Notes under the pieces: model-generated
Seen by the model: only the letters and a program-made list of their open reading frames with translations
Told to the model about the DNA's origin: nothing
Database searches by the model: none
Position numbers and translations under genes: made by a program
Assembly (NCBI GenBank): GCA_964588375.1
Contig: CAZPPH010000002.1
Span: 980 to 64,979 of the forward strand
Origin: an uncultured Rhodobacterales bacterium
Lineage (GTDB): Bacteria > Pseudomonadota > Alphaproteobacteria > Rhodobacterales > Rhodobacteraceae
Length of the DNA: 64,000 nt
Direction of reading: 5' to 3'
Shown: positions 32,940 to 43,937 of the stretch, one piece after another
Layout: every line of letters starts with the position of its first letter
How positions within the stretch are numbered: position 1 is the stretch's first letter

Positions 32940-33850
32940 CGCGCAGCAGACAGCTTTCCGCAAAGATCGTCGAGCTCTTCCAGTGACTTGTAGCGGATCG
33001 AGATTTTTCCCGCCGCCCCGCTGTGCTCGATCGCGACCTTGTATCCGAGGGCTGCCGAGAGGTCGGCCTCGAGCGCGCGCGTGTCGGCGTCCTTTTCATC
33101 GGTCTTCGATGAGCGACCGGCCTTACCGTCGTCCCGGCCATCGCGTGTGCCGCGTTTGGCGAGCTTTTCGGTGTCCCGCACGCTCAAGGTCTTTGCAACG
33201 ACCATTTGAGCGAGGGCCGAGGGGTCTTCAGAGGTGATCAGGGCGCGCGCGTGGCCGGCGGTCAGCCGTCCTTCCTTGAGGTGCTCGAGCACGTCCTGTG
33301 GCAGGCTCAGAAGCCGCATGAGGTTGGCGATGTGACTGCGGCTCTTTCCGAGCGCTTCGGCCATCTGTTCCTGGGTGTGACCGAACTTGTCGATGAGCTG
33401 CCGGTAACCGTGAGCTTCTTCCACGGGATTGAGATCGGCCCGCTGGATGTTCTCGATGATCGCGACTTCGAGCACTTCCGTGTCGGTGAATTCCCGAAGG
33501 ATCACGGGGATGTGGTGAACTTGCGCTTTTTGCGCGGCCCGCCACCGACGCTCGCCGGCAACGATCTCGTAGTGATCCGGTCTCTCGGGATGAGCGCGAA
33601 CGATGAGCGGCTGGATGATCCCCCGGGCGGCAATGCTCTCGGCCAGCTCCGCGAGCGCGGGGCCGTCGAAACGACGGCGGGGCTGGTCCGGGTTCGGGTG
33701 GAGGCGCTCGATCGGCACCTTGCGGTCGGCCGGGCGTGGAGCCTCGGGCGCTGAGGGCGTTTCTGCGTCCGCCGTTGTCGAACCCACGTCGGCCATCAGG
33801 GCGGAAAGTCCGCGCCCGAGTCCGCGGCGCTCTGCTCTTGCCTCTGCCAT
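32936..33850 (-). CDS. parB: Chromosome partitioning protein ParB
   Basis: GLGRGLSALM, IIQPLIVR and GERRWRAA motifs. Confidence 0.95.
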   Translation of the reverse strand: MAEARAERRGLGRGLSALMADVGSTTADAETPSAPEAPRPADRKVPIERLHPNPDQPRRRFDGPALAELAESIAARGIIQPLIVRAHPERPDHYEIVAGERRWRAAQKAQVHHIPVILREFTDTEVLEVAIIENIQRADLNPVEEAHGYRQLIDKFGHTQEQMAEALGKSRSHIANLMRLLSLPQDVLEHLKEGRLTAGHARALITSEDPSALAQMVVAKTLSVRDTEKLAKRGTRDGRDDGKAGRSSKTDEKDADTRALEADLSAALGYKVAIEHSGAAGKISIRYKSLEELDDLCGKLSAAR

Positions 33851-33872
33851 ATCTACCTCATCTAGATGTATG

Positions 33873-34667
33873 TTAGACGCGATATACCATTTCTTGTGCT
33901 AGCGCGCGATAAGCAATGCTGCCTTTCGACATTGGGTCATATTCGACAACCGGCATGGCGTAGGATGGCGCTTCGCTCACCCGAACATTTCTGGGCACTT
34001 TGGTTCTGAATACCAGCTCGCCGAGTGTGTCTCGAGCGTCCTTTTCGACCATCTGACTCAAACGGTTGCGTCCGTCGAACATGGTGAGGACGACGCCTTC
34101 GATCCGCAGGTCGGGGTTTGCCGAGGCCCGCACCTGGCGAACGGTGAGCATCAACTGAGAGAGGCCCTCCAGGGCGAAAAACTCACTCTGGAGCGGGACG
34201 AGAACCGAGTCCGCTGCAACCATGGCGTTGATCGTGAGCATGGAGAGTGACGGCGGGCAGTCGATGAGTATGTAGTCGAGGCTGTAACGATCGAGCTCCG
34301 GCGTGCGCAAGGCGCTTCGCAACAGGAAGCTCCTGCGCTCGTTCTCCACCATTTCGATATCCGCCGAACTGAGATCTGTCGTCGCCGGCGCGAGCAGAAG
34401 GCCCTCGACGTTCGTTGGCCGGACCACCTTTTCCAGCGGCGCCGCATCGAGCAACAGGTCGTAGGTGGTGAGCCCCCTGTCCTTCGAGCCGATACCCAGG
34501 CCCGTTGACGCATTCCCCTGGGGGTCAATGTCCACAAGGAGGACGTTAAGGCCCTCTTCCGCAAGCGCGGCCCCGAGGTTTATCGCCGTTGTCGTTTTTC
34601 CTACCCCGCCCTTTTGGTTGGCAATGGCCACGATTTTCACGCGCTTGCGTGTTTGCGGGTCAGACAC
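33873..34667 (-). CDS. parA: Chromosome partitioning ATPase ParA (Soj)
   Basis: Deviant Walker [18 protein letters not shown]. Confidence 0.95.
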   Translation of the reverse strand: MSDPQTRKRVKIVAIANQKGGVGKTTTAINLGAALAEEGLNVLLVDIDPQGNASTGLGIGSKDRGLTTYDLLLDAAPLEKVVRPTNVEGLLLAPATTDLSSADIEMVENERRSFLLRSALRTPELDRYSLDYILIDCPPSLSMLTINAMVAADSVLVPLQSEFFALEGLSQLMLTVRQVRASANPDLRIEGVVLTMFDGRNRLSQMVEKDARDTLGELVFRTKVPRNVRVSEAPSYAMPVVEYDPMSKGSIAYRALAQEMVYRV

Positions 34668-35253
34668 GTTTGAGATCTCCGATCTTCAGGATCACGGCCT
34701 CGGGGTCCGTGTCGCTCGGGATCTTTTCGCAGGCGAAGGTCCAGCAATCAAGCGCCTCTTGGAGTTCGGCATCAGCATTTCGGCCCTTTGGGAAAAGCGC
34801 AATGCCCCCATCCGCGAGATGGGGTGCTGCCAGGCCGAGAAGGCGCGGCAACGGCGCGAGGGCTCGTGCGGACACGACGTCGGCGGCAAGCGGGGCGGTC
34901 GCCTCGATGCGCTGGTTAAGAACAGTAGCTTCGGCACCGACCTCCCTGAGCGCTGTCCGCAGGAAGGTTGCCTTGCGTGCGTCGCTTTCAACAAGGACAA
35001 TTTCGCGAGGGCCGGCCAGTTCTCGGGCCAGTATGGCGATCACGACCCCGGGCAGCCCTCCGCCGGTGCCGAGATCGGCCCACCTTCCCCAGCCGTCCGG
35101 CGCGCGATGCAACAACTGAGCGCTGTCGAGAATGTGCCTGTGCCAGATATCATCCAGCGTTGTGCGGGAAACCAGATTGATCCGTGTCGTCCAGTGAGCG
35201 AGAAGATCCTTGAATGTTTCAAGTCTCGCTTCTGTTTCACGTGAAACATTCAC
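34660..35253 (-). CDS. rsmG: 16S rRNA (guanine527-N7)-methyltransferase RsmG (GidB)
   Basis: [15 protein letters not shown] motif. Conserved position between mnmG and parA. Confidence 0.9.
   Translation of the reverse strand: MNVSRETEARLETFKDLLAHWTTRINLVSRTTLDDIWHRHILDSAQLLHRAPDGWGRWADLGTGGGLPGVVIAILARELAGPREIVLVESDARKATFLRTALREVGAEATVLNQRIEATAPLAADVVSARALAPLPRLLGLAAPHLADGGIALFPKGRNADAELQEALDCWTFACEKIPSDTDPEAVILKIGDLKRV
35233..35248. other. parS: parS centromere-like site, perfect 16-bp palindrome TGTTTCACGTGAAACA
   Basis: Exact match to the widely conserved parS consensus. It spans codons 2-7 of rsmG (ATG AAT GTT TCA CGT GAA ACA). Confidence 0.85.
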
Positions 35254-35255
35254 GC

Positions 35256-37127
35256 TCAGGCCGATTTTCGCCGCGCCTGGCGCAAGCGGGCAAGAATGAG
35301 CGTCAGGGCCGCCGGCGTTACCCCCTCCACTCTGGAGGCCTGCCCCAGAGTTTCCGGCCGGGAGGCTTCGAGCTTGGCCTTGAGTTCGTTCGAAAGCCCT
35401 TGAAGCCCCCCGTAATCGAAATCGTCCGGAATCCCTTCCGCCTCGTCGCGCTCCAGCGCCAGAGCATCCCGATCCTGCCTTTTGAGATAACTTGCATACA
35501 GAGCGTCACGAGACATCTGCTCACGAATTTCCGGAGAATGGCGCGCGAGCTGCGGCACGAGGTTCGACAAGGTGTCAAAGTCGATAGACGGGAAGCTCAG
35601 GAATTCGAAGGCGGACCGGCGGCCACCATCTGCCGCGATATCCACGCCCGACGCAGCAAGCTCACGCGGCGTGAGCGAAGCCTGCTCGAGATCCTGCCTT
35701 GCTGCCGCCAGGGCGTTCGATTTCTCTGCGAACGCCCGGCGGCGCACCTCGCCCACAATACCGTACTCCAGCCCGAGCGGCGTCAGCCGCTGATCGGCGT
35801 TGTCGGCTCGTAGCGAAAGCCGATACTCGGCACGTGATGTGAACATCCGATATGGCTCCGACACACCTCGAGTGATCAGGTCGTCGACCATCACCCCGAT
35901 GTAAGAGGAGCGTCGGTCAAACGTGACCGGCTCATCGCCAAGGGATGTGCGCGCCGCGTTCAGGCCGGCCACCAGACCCTGTCCGGCGGCCTCTTCATAG
36001 CCCGTAGTCCCATTGATCTGGCCCGCGAGATAGAGCCCGGGGACATCTCGCAACTCTAGTGTCGCGCGAAGTGATCGCGGGTCAACATAATCGTACTCGA
36101 TCGCATAGCCCGGCTGCGTGATACTAGCACCCTCCAAGCCCTGGATGGAGTGCACATACGCCTCCTGAACCTCAACAGGCAGCGAGGTGGAAATGCCGTT
36201 GGGGTAGATCGTATTGCCTTGCAGGCTTTCGGGCTCGAGGAAGATCTGATGCGACGCCTTGTCTGCAAACCGAACGATCTTGTCCTCGATCGACGGACAA
36301 TAGCGGGGTCCTGCGCCCTCGATATGGCCCCCGTACATCGCCGACCTGTGCAGGTTTTCCCGAATGATCGCGTGGGTTTCTTCATTGGTTTGCGTTATGC
36401 CGCATGAGACTTGTCGAAGCTTCGGAGCAGAGTTCAGGAATGAAAAAACGGCGGGGTCGTCGTCCCCGCGCTGCTCCGTCACTGCCGACCAGTCAATTGT
36501 CCGTCCATCAAGGCGTGGCGGTGTCCCTGTCTTCAGGCGGCCAAGCGGCAACCCGAAATCATCGATGCGCTCAGCCAGGCGCACAGACGCATTATCGCCC
36601 ATCCGCCCGGCCGATCGCGTCTCTTCACCGAGGTGGATGCGCCCGCGAAGGAATGTGCCCGTGGTCAGAACAGTGCTCGCCGCGCGCAGGACCACACCGT
36701 CGGCCAGGCGCAGGCCGGTCACACGAGATCTCTCGACCAAGAGATCGACGGCTTCGCCCTCAATGATCCGAATTCGGTCCGACGCGTCCAGGATGGCGCA
36801 AATGGCTTGTTGGTAAGCCATCCGGTCAGCCTGAGCCCTCGGCCCTTGAACGGCCGGGCCCTTGCGCCGGTTCAGTAGCCTGTACTGGATCCCAGCCTGA
36901 TCGGCAGCTTGCCCCATGACGCCGTCAAGCGCATCAATTTCGCGTACAAGGTGTCCCTTGCCCAAGCCCCCGATTGCGGGATTGCAGGACATGACACCGA
37001 TGGTCTTCCTCTGAAGCGTAACCAGCCCGACCCGGGCTCCGGCTCGCGCCGCGACATGAGCCGCTTCCGTGCCGGCGTGGCCGCCGCCGACCACAAGAAC
37101 GTCAAACTCCTGTTTCACGTGAAACAT
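35256..37127 (-). CDS. mnmG: tRNA uridine 5-carboxymethylaminomethyl modification enzyme MnmG (GidA)
   Basis: [19 protein letters not shown] motif. Full-length 623 aa. Confidence 0.95.
   Translation of the reverse strand: MFHVKQEFDVLVVGGGHAGTEAAHVAARAGARVGLVTLQRKTIGVMSCNPAIGGLGKGHLVREIDALDGVMGQAADQAGIQYRLLNRRKGPAVQGPRAQADRMAYQQAICAILDASDRIRIIEGEAVDLLVERSRVTGLRLADGVVLRAASTVLTTGTFLRGRIHLGEETRSAGRMGDNASVRLAERIDDFGLPLGRLKTGTPPRLDGRTIDWSAVTEQRGDDDPAVFSFLNSAPKLRQVSCGITQTNEETHAIIRENLHRSAMYGGHIEGAGPRYCPSIEDKIVRFADKASHQIFLEPESLQGNTIYPNGISTSLPVEVQEAYVHSIQGLEGASITQPGYAIEYDYVDPRSLRATLELRDVPGLYLAGQINGTTGYEEAAGQGLVAGLNAARTSLGDEPVTFDRRSSYIGVMVDDLITRGVSEPYRMFTSRAEYRLSLRADNADQRLTPLGLEYGIVGEVRRRAFAEKSNALAAARQDLEQASLTPRELAASGVDIAADGGRRSAFEFLSFPSIDFDTLSNLVPQLARHSPEIREQMSRDALYASYLKRQDRDALALERDEAEGIPDDFDYGGLQGLSNELKAKLEASRPETLGQASRVEGVTPAALTLILARLRQARRKSA
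37111..37126. other. parS: parS centromere-like site, perfect 16-bp palindrome TGTTTCACGTGAAACA
   Basis: Second exact copy. It overlaps the mnmG start codon and first codons (ATG TTT CAC GTG AAA CAG). Confidence 0.85.
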
Positions 37128-37128
37128 C

Positions 37129-38415
37129 CTACTTGCCGATGCAAAAGCTCAGAAAAATCTCGTCGAGCAGGTTTTCAACCCCGATCCGGCCGACCAGCGC
37201 CTCCAGCGCCCGGGCTGCCCGGCGCAAGTCTTCTGCAACAATCTCTGGCGAATCAAACCCGCTTTCAAGGTGAAGTATAGCATCATCCAGGGCCTCGAGC
37301 GCCGCGCGTGAGGCGACACGGTGCCGCTCGCGATCGAACACACCGGCATTCTGGCTGCGCGCGGAAAGGATCTGACCGATCTCCTCGACCAAAGCATCCA
37401 CCCCTGCCCCGGTCAGGCCCGAAACGCCTTCCTCCAAGGACCCCGAATTGTCGGCTTTTGCCTTCAGCACGAGATCCTCTTTCATCGGAGCGAGTTCTGG
37501 CGGGGCGTCCGATCCGACGAGAATGATCCGCAGGTCAGCCCCTGCTGCCCGGTCTCTGGCGCGCTCCACACCGATCGACTCCACCGGATCGTCGGTGCTC
37601 CGCAACCCGGCCGTATCGAGAAGCGTCACCGCAAGGCCGGCAATCTCCATACGGACCTCTATGACGTCCCGGGTCGTCCCCGCAACATCCGACGTGATCG
37701 CTGCATCTCGCCCGGCCAGCCGATTCAGGAGAGTCGACTTGCCGATGTTGGGCGCTCCGACAATGGCGACCTCGAACCCCAGCCGCACCCGCTCGGCTGC
37801 ACCGGAACCGGCAAGTTCGGAGGCAATACCTCGCCGCGCCCGCACCGCGAGGCTTTTCGCTTCACCAAGCACATCGTCCGGGATCTCTTCATCGGCGAAG
37901 TCGATTGTCGTCTCGGCCAGCGCTGCGGCGCGGATGAGATCCGACCGCCAGCTTTCCGCCTGGGCAGCCAGCCCACCGCCCAGCGCCCGAAGCGCCCGCT
38001 GACGCTGCGCCTCGGTCTCGGCATCGATGAGATCCGCCAGACCCTCGACCGCACCCAGGTCCAGTCGCTCATTGGCAAGGGCACGACGGGTGAACTCTCC
38101 CGCCTCCGCCATCCTGCATCCCGGTTCCGATGAAAGGGCCTCCAGGGCCATCCTTTGTACCGCGATACTTCCGTGAAGATGCCATTCGGCAACCGGTTCG
38201 CCGGTGAAGCTGTCCCCCGCCGCGAAGACGACGACCAGAGCTTCGTCAAGCGCGGTGCCGTCCGGGAGAACCAGCCGCCTCAACCGCAACTCCCGCGGCT
38301 TTGGCAGGCTCCCTGCATAGCGCTCGGTTACCGTGTGAGATGCCGGGCCCGAAAGACGCAAAACCGCCACACCCGCTTTGCCCGGCGCCGTGGAGATCGC
38401 GAAAATTGTATCCAT
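37129..38415 (-). CDS. mnmE: tRNA modification GTPase MnmE (TrmE)
   Basis: [24 protein letters not shown]-terminus, G1 GAPNIGKST and the C-terminal CIGK. Confidence 0.95.
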   Translation of the reverse strand: MDTIFAISTAPGKAGVAVLRLSGPASHTVTERYAGSLPKPRELRLRRLVLPDGTALDEALVVVFAAGDSFTGEPVAEWHLHGSIAVQRMALEALSSEPGCRMAEAGEFTRRALANERLDLGAVEGLADLIDAETEAQRQRALRALGGGLAAQAESWRSDLIRAAALAETTIDFADEEIPDDVLGEAKSLAVRARRGIASELAGSGAAERVRLGFEVAIVGAPNIGKSTLLNRLAGRDAAITSDVAGTTRDVIEVRMEIAGLAVTLLDTAGLRSTDDPVESIGVERARDRAAGADLRIILVGSDAPPELAPMKEDLVLKAKADNSGSLEEGVSGLTGAGVDALVEEIGQILSARSQNAGVFDRERHRVASRAALEALDDAILHLESGFDSPEIVAEDLRRAARALEALVGRIGVENLLDEIFLSFCIGK

Positions 38416-38436
38416 TTCCTGTTTATTTACAACAGG

Positions 38437-39708
38437 TTAAGTGTTCATGGAATCGAAGAAATCCGAGTTTGTCTTCGTCTGTTTCAGTTTGCCGAGCAGG
38501 AACTCGATTGCGTCAGTCGTCCCCATCGGGTTCAGGATTCGCCGAAGAACGAACGTCTTCGCGAGGTCACCCTTCTCCACCAGCAACTCTTCCTTGCGGG
38601 TTCCGGACTTCAGGATGTCCATGGCCGGGTACACACGCTTGTCTGCGACCTTCCGGTCGAGAACGATCTCGGAATTGCCGGTGCCCTTGAACTCCTCGAA
38701 AATGACCTCGTCCATCCGGGACCCCGTGTCGATGAGAGCGGTCGCGATGATTGTCAGCGACCCGCCCTCCTCGATGTTCCGCGCCGCGCCGAAAAAGCGC
38801 TTCGGGCGCTGAAGTGCATTCGCGTCGACACCGCCCGTGAGGACCTTGCCCGAAGATGGGACGACCGTGTTGAACGCACGGCCAAGTCGCGTGATCGAGT
38901 CGAGCAATATCACCACGTCTCGCTTGTGCTCCACCAGGCGCTTGGCCTTCTCGATCACCATGTCGGAGACCGCCACGTGGCGCGTGGCCGGCTCATCGAA
39001 GGTCGAGGATACAACCTCGCCCTTCACCGACCGCTGCATGTCCGTGACCTCTTCCGGGCGTTCGTCTATCAACAGAACGATGAGGTAGCATTCCGGGTGG
39101 TTCACCTCGATCGAACGCGCGATGTTCTGCAACAAGACCGTCTTGCCGGTGCGCGGCGGCGCCACGATCAGGCATCGTTGACCCTTGCCGATGGGCGAGA
39201 CCAGGTCGATGACACGGGCCGACTTGTCCTTGATCGTCGGGTCCTCGATTTCCATGGTCAGCCGCTCATCGGGGTAGAGCGGTGTGAGGTTGTCGAAGCT
39301 TACCTTGTGGCGCGCCCTGTCCGGGTCCTCGAAATTGATCGTTTCGACCTTGGTGAGCGCGAAGTACCGTTCGCTGTCGGCCGGGCCACGGATCACACCT
39401 TCCACGCTGTCACCGGTCCGGAGCGAGTGCTGGCGGATCATGTCGGGTGAAACATAGATATCATCCGGGCCCGGCAGATAATTCGCTTCGGGGGAGCGGA
39501 GGAACCCGAACCCGTCCTGCAGCACTTCGAGCACTCCGTCGCCGCCGATCACCCAGTCTTCCTCGGCGCGCTCTTTCAGGATCGAGAACATCATCTCGCC
39601 CTTCCGCATGGTCGAGGCGTTCTCGATCTCGAGTTCTTCCGCGAGGGAAAGAAGTTCTTTCGGACTCTGCGACTTGAGGTCGGCGAGATTCACGCGGTCT
39701 GAGCTCAT
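38437..39708 (-). CDS. rho: Transcription termination factor Rho
   Basis: Walker [10 protein letters not shown]-terminal RNA-binding domain (GFGFLR). Confidence 0.95.
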   Translation of the reverse strand: MSSDRVNLADLKSQSPKELLSLAEELEIENASTMRKGEMMFSILKERAEEDWVIGGDGVLEVLQDGFGFLRSPEANYLPGPDDIYVSPDMIRQHSLRTGDSVEGVIRGPADSERYFALTKVETINFEDPDRARHKVSFDNLTPLYPDERLTMEIEDPTIKDKSARVIDLVSPIGKGQRCLIVAPPRTGKTVLLQNIARSIEVNHPECYLIVLLIDERPEEVTDMQRSVKGEVVSSTFDEPATRHVAVSDMVIEKAKRLVEHKRDVVILLDSITRLGRAFNTVVPSSGKVLTGGVDANALQRPKRFFGAARNIEEGGSLTIIATALIDTGSRMDEVIFEEFKGTGNSEIVLDRKVADKRVYPAMDILKSGTRKEELLVEKGDLAKTFVLRRILNPMGTTDAIEFLLGKLKQTKTNSDFFDSMNT

Positions 39709-39825
39709 GGAGGTCTCCGCACCCGATCGGACCGGGTGTTGCTAGATCTTCTATAGGGATGCAGCCGGTCGGACGACCGGCGAACCGGGAGATAGGCAGT
39801 TTGACTACCTCTGTCAATCGCGTCG

Positions 39826-40278
39826 CTAGAACGGTTTCACGATCACGGAAACCACAATCAGAACGAGGAGGATTGTGGGAACCTCGTTCATGATGCGGTA
39901 CGTGCGACCTTCCCGCGTATTCGACCCCGAAGCGAAATCCTTCCTGCGCCGGCCGAGCCAGTGGTGGAACCAGGTCATGCCGACAATGCCCGCCGCCTTC
40001 GTCCAGGGCCAGACCGAGAGCCAGTCGACAACACCGGGGGTTGCGACGAGCAGCAGACCGAAGGCCCAGCTCGCGATCATCGCGGGGTTCATGATGAAAC
40101 GAAGAAGCTTCATCTCCATGGTCTGGAAAAGCGCGTCGGTATCGGTTCCCGACCCGACCTTCTCGACGTGGTAGACATAGAGGCGGGGAAGATAGAACAG
40201 ACCGGCCATCCACGCGATCACCGAGATCACATGCAGGCTCTTTGTCCAAGGGTAAAGCAGGGAAAGCAGATCGCTCAT
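39826..40278 (-). CDS. hemJ: Protoporphyrinogen IX oxidase HemJ (UPF0093/CopD-like membrane protein)
   Basis: LHVISVIAWMAGLFYLPRLYVYH motif and four predicted TM segments. Start is ATG 40278 (MSDLLSLLYPW) or GTG 40287. Confidence 0.8.
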   Translation of the reverse strand: MSDLLSLLYPWTKSLHVISVIAWMAGLFYLPRLYVYHVEKVGSGTDTDALFQTMEMKLLRFIMNPAMIASWAFGLLLVATPGVVDWLSVWPWTKAAGIVGMTWFHHWLGRRRKDFASGSNTREGRTYRIMNEVPTILLVLIVVSVIVKPF

Positions 40279-40671
40279 CCGGACCACTTATCTTAACATG
40301 TCTTTAAGAGAAAGATTTGGTGTTTGTAGGGCCTGTGGGCGATGTGGATCCTTGATCTGCCCCCAGAGTTCTTCCCAGCCCGGCAAGGTCTGACCGATAA
40401 GGATGATTCGTGAACATCACCGAAACCGCCACGAATAAATTAATTTTATCAGATACTTACTGGTACCCTTACCGGGAAAACCCTGTGGAGGAATCCGGCG
40501 GGCCGCCAAGGCGAAGGGTTATCCCAAACTGGCCGGGCAAGAACGCGCACGGTGGACAGAAGCCGGGCAATTTCCTAGACGGAACCCCTCCCAGCCCCGG
40601 GGTACCGAGAGAAGCGACATGTCCACGAAGTATGCCGGAGAACTCCCCGCTTTACCCCCAGGGTCTTCCCG
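40279..40671. other. Candidate chromosomal replication origin (oriC) region
   Basis: Longest non-coding gap in the window. Divergent gene orientation on either side. Flanking gene order resembles the Caulobacter Cori neighbourhood. AT-rich tract at 40434..40460, a CtrA-type box, an IHF-like site, two GANTC sites and degenerate DnaA-like boxes. No perfect DnaA box. Confidence 0.4.
40293..40307. promoter_or_regulatory. Perfect CtrA-type binding motif TTAA-N7-TTAA (TTAACATGTCTTTAA)
   Basis: Read directly from the sequence. It lies 15 nt upstream of the hemJ ATG (40278), at the edge of the candidate origin. Confidence 0.5.
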
Positions 40672-41265
40672 GTGACGCTCGTTCTCGCGTCTCGGTCCGA
40701 AAGTCGCCGCGCGCTCCTCGCGGCTGCGAACGTTCCCTTCGATGTGGAGAGGCCGCGGGTGGACGAAACGGCTATCCGCGACGCCATGGTGGCGGACGGT
40801 GCAGCTGCGCGAGACATCGCCGATGCGCTGGCCGAGGCAAAGGCCCGAAAGATTTCACCGCGCCGGCCGGAGGATATCGTGATCGGGTGTGACCAGGTCC
40901 TCGAACATCGCGGCTCGGTTCTGTCGAAGCCGGGTTCGCGCGAGGAGGCGGCTGCGCAGCTCCGGGCGCTTTCCGGCGAGGGTCACACCCTGATGTCGGC
41001 GGCTGTCGCCTATGAGGGAGCAGAGCCGGTCTGGCGCCACATCGGCGTCGCCCGGATGCGGATGCGGCAACTCTCGGAAGCGTATATCGAGGAATACCTC
41101 GATCGGAACTGGCCCGACATCGCAAGCAGCGTTGGCAGCTACAAGCTCGAGGCGGAAGGGGTACGCCTCTTCACGCAGGTTCAGGGTGACTACTTCACAG
41201 TTCTTGGCCTTCCGCTACTCGAGCTTCTGTCGTGGCTCGCGCTCAGGGGGGAGATAACCACATGA
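40672..41265 (+). CDS. maf: Maf-like nucleoside triphosphate pyrophosphatase
   Basis: [15 protein letters not shown]-terminus and the C-terminal [13 protein letters not shown] region. GTG start. Confidence 0.85.
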   Translation: MTLVLASRSESRRALLAAANVPFDVERPRVDETAIRDAMVADGAAARDIADALAEAKARKISPRRPEDIVIGCDQVLEHRGSVLSKPGSREEAAAQLRALSGEGHTLMSAAVAYEGAEPVWRHIGVARMRMRQLSEAYIEEYLDRNWPDIASSVGSYKLEAEGVRLFTQVQGDYFTVLGLPLLELLSWLALRGEITT

Positions 41266-42098
41266 GCGATTTTCGTATTCCGCTGGCAGGTGTCGTGGGC
41301 TCACCCGTGGCGCACTCCCGATCACCCAGGCTTCACCGTTACTGGCTGCGCAAATACGGAATCCCGGGCTACTACATTCCGATGGACATCGCCGCTGGCG
41401 ACCTCGCCGAGGCGTTCGCGACCTTGCCCAAACTCGGTTTCGTTGGCGTGAACGTCACCATTCCCCACAAGGAACGGATACTCGAGTTCGCCGATATCGT
41501 GACGGACCGCGCCGCTCTGATGGGGGCCGCGAACACGATCATCTTCCGCGATGACGGAAAGGTGCACGCCGACAACACGGACGGATACGGCTTCATCGAG
41601 AATCTGCGACACGGGGTGCCTGACTGGTCCCCGAAATCCGGTCCGGCCGCGGTGGTGGGCGCGGGTGGTGCCGCACGGGCGGTGATTGCCTCCCTGCTCG
41701 ATGGCGGTGCCCCCGAGATACGGGTCACGAACAGAACGCGTGCCCGCGCGGACGCGCTCCGCGCCGAGTTCGGCGCGCGTGTCCAGGTCTTCGACTGGGT
41801 CGCGGCTGGCAATGCCATTGAAGGGGCAGCCACGATCGTCAATGCGAGCTCTCTCGGAATGACCGGAAAACCATCCTTCCGTGTCCCGCTTGACGGGCTT
41901 TCTCCGAACGCGGTCGTGACCGATCTCGTATACACGCCCCTGGACACCCAGCTTCTCGAGGAGGCCCGAAAAACGGGATGCCGGACGGTCGACGGTCTCG
42001 GAATGCTGATTCATCAGGCCGTCCCGGCGTTCGAGCGCTGGTTCGGATTGCGGCCCGAGGTCGATGCGGGTGTGAGGTCGGCGGTTCTGAGCCCGTGA
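41262..42098 (+). CDS. aroE: Shikimate dehydrogenase
   Basis: [16 protein letters not shown] and NVTIPHKE motifs. ATGA overlap with the maf stop. Confidence 0.9.
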   Translation: MSDFRIPLAGVVGSPVAHSRSPRLHRYWLRKYGIPGYYIPMDIAAGDLAEAFATLPKLGFVGVNVTIPHKERILEFADIVTDRAALMGAANTIIFRDDGKVHADNTDGYGFIENLRHGVPDWSPKSGPAAVVGAGGAARAVIASLLDGGAPEIRVTNRTRARADALRAEFGARVQVFDWVAAGNAIEGAATIVNASSLGMTGKPSFRVPLDGLSPNAVVTDLVYTPLDTQLLEEARKTGCRTVDGLGMLIHQAVPAFERWFGLRPEVDAGVRSAVLSP

Positions 42099-42703
42099 CG
42101 CGCCCATTCGTTCTTGGCCTGACAGGGTCCATCGGGATGGGAAAATCAACCACGGCAGAGATTTTTCGCGACGAGGGCGTGCCGGTCTGGGATGCGGACA
42201 GCGCTGTCGCCGAGCTTTACGCAAAAGGCGGGGAGGCCGTGGAAGCCATCGCCTCCCGGCGACCTGAAGCGGTGCACGAGGGCCAGGTCGACCGGAGTGC
42301 CCTCAAGGCCTGGATTTCAGAGGACCCCGAGGCTCTCGCGGAACTCGAAGAGATCGTTCACCCCCTTGTCGCGAAGGATCGGGAGAAGTTTCTGAAGGAC
42401 ACCGACGCCCCGGTCGTTCTGGCCGACATACCGCTGCTCTTCGAAACCGGCGCGGACGATGATGTCGATGCCGTGGTTGTCGTCACCGCACCTGCGGAGG
42501 TGCAGCGGAAGCGGGTTCTGGCGCGGCCGGGCATGACGGATGAGATGTTCGAGACAATTCTCGCGCGCCAGCTGCCGGACGAACGGAAGCGGGCGCGCGG
42601 AGACTTCATCGTCGAAACACTGACCATGGACGGAGCCCGCGCGGCTGTGCGAGAGATATTGAAGACCGTGAGGGCGAGAGCAAATGCGCGAAATCGTACT
42701 TGA
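42095..42703 (+). CDS. coaE: Dephospho-CoA kinase
   Basis: [14 protein letters not shown]-loop. GTG at 42095 overlaps the aroE TGA (GTGA). Confidence 0.9.
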   Translation: MTRPFVLGLTGSIGMGKSTTAEIFRDEGVPVWDADSAVAELYAKGGEAVEAIASRRPEAVHEGQVDRSALKAWISEDPEALAELEEIVHPLVAKDREKFLKDTDAPVVLADIPLLFETGADDDVDAVVVVTAPAEVQRKRVLARPGMTDEMFETILARQLPDERKRARGDFIVETLTMDGARAAVREILKTVRARANARNRT

Positions 42704-43382
42704 TACCGAGACGACGGGGCTCGACCCGAATGCCGGAGATCGGATAGTCGAGATCGGCGCGGTCGAACTCAATGGCCACGTTCCCACCGGGCGCACATTT
42801 CACGAATACATAAATCCCGAACGGACGATGTCGGAGGGAGCCTTCGCGGTGCACGGCCTCGGAGACGACTTTCTCCGCACGAAACCGGTGTTCCGCCAGG
42901 TCGCCCTCGCGTTCCTCGACTTCCTGGGGGATGCGAAACTCATCATTCACAATGCCGCGTTCGACATGAAATTCATCAACGCCGAGCTTGTCTGGGCTGG
43001 CCTCGCGGCGCTGCCCGTCGACCGTGCGGTCGACACTCTCGAAATCGCGAGACGGAAGTTTCCGGGCTCGCCGGCGTCGCTGGACGCGCTTTGTCGGCGA
43101 TTTTCCATCGACAACTCGGCGAGAACCCTTCACGGGGCCCTGCTCGATTCGGAAATTCTCGCGGAGATCTATCTCGAACTCATCGGCGGCCGGCAACCTG
43201 ACTTTGGCCTGATCAGCGTGGAGCGTACCAGCGCACAGGATGCGGCCACCGGCGGGCTTGCAAAAAGATCGCGCCCCGAGCCGCTTCCTGCCCGCCTGTC
43301 AGATGCCGAACGCGATGCCCACCGCGCCTTTGTCGAGGCAATGGGAAATGAAGCGATTTGGGCGCGGCTTCAGGACGCCTAG
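42684..43382 (+). CDS. dnaQ: DNA polymerase III epsilon subunit (3'-5' exonuclease)
   Basis: Exo I motif VLDTETTGL, Exo [11 protein letters not shown] and Exo [17 protein letters not shown]. Confidence 0.9.
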   Translation: MREIVLDTETTGLDPNAGDRIVEIGAVELNGHVPTGRTFHEYINPERTMSEGAFAVHGLGDDFLRTKPVFRQVALAFLDFLGDAKLIIHNAAFDMKFINAELVWAGLAALPVDRAVDTLEIARRKFPGSPASLDALCRRFSIDNSARTLHGALLDSEILAEIYLELIGGRQPDFGLISVERTSAQDAATGGLAKRSRPEPLPARLSDAERDAHRAFVEAMGNEAIWARLQDA

Positions 43383-43885
43383 TTGATCTTTGCCGGATCG
43401 CCGGGCCCTTCGTCCTTGGCCGCCTGCGACCGCTGGGCGACCGTCTGGCGGTAGAGGCTGATAAAGTCGATGTTGTCGATGTTGAGCGGCGGGAAGCCAC
43501 CATCCCGCGAAACATCCGAGATGATTCGGCGGATGAACGGAAAGAGCATTCGCGGACATTCGATGAGCAGGAACGGGTGGAGCTGCTCGTCGGGCACGTG
43601 CTCGATCAGGAATATGCCGCCGTATTCAAGCTCGAGCACGAAGAGGGACTCGCCCCCCTCCTTGTTCTTTGACGTCACGTTGAACTTCGCAATGACGTCA
43701 TACTGATTCTCGACCGAGCGCTTGCGGGCATCGAGCGAAACCTGCACCTGCACGTCGGGCTGGACCTGGCCCTCCACCGGCTTCTGGGCAAGAATGTTCT
43801 CGAAAGAGAGATCCCGGATATATTGCCCGAGTATCTGCATCTTGATCTGCGGTTTTTGCGCCGCGGTATCCGGTTCGGCCATCAA
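43379..43885 (-). CDS. secB: Protein-export chaperone SecB
   Basis: QILGQYIRDLSFEN start and typical SecB length (168 aa). Confidence 0.9.
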   Translation of the reverse strand: MMAEPDTAAQKPQIKMQILGQYIRDLSFENILAQKPVEGQVQPDVQVQVSLDARKRSVENQYDVIAKFNVTSKNKEGGESLFVLELEYGGIFLIEHVPDEQLHPFLLIECPRMLFPFIRRIISDVSRDGGFPPLNIDNIDFISLYRQTVAQRSQAAKDEGPGDPAKIN

Positions 43886-43937
43886 AACAACCTTCAGCTG
43901 GGGTTCGCAGGGTCTCTAGCAGAGGGGGAAGACGCCC

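Noticed and set aside
38416-38436. A 6-bp hairpin (CCTGTT / AACAGG) filling the 21-nt rho/mnmE spacer.
   Set aside because: The stem is short and AT-containing and has no U-tract, so it is too weak to call a terminator or RBS-sequestering structure from sequence alone.
40410-40892. A 160-aa plus-strand ORF starting inside the hemJ/maf gap and running into maf.
   Set aside because: It is out of frame with the well-supported maf CDS. The translation is Arg/Gly/Pro-rich with no motif. It begins in the AT-rich tract that is better explained as non-coding origin or promoter DNA.
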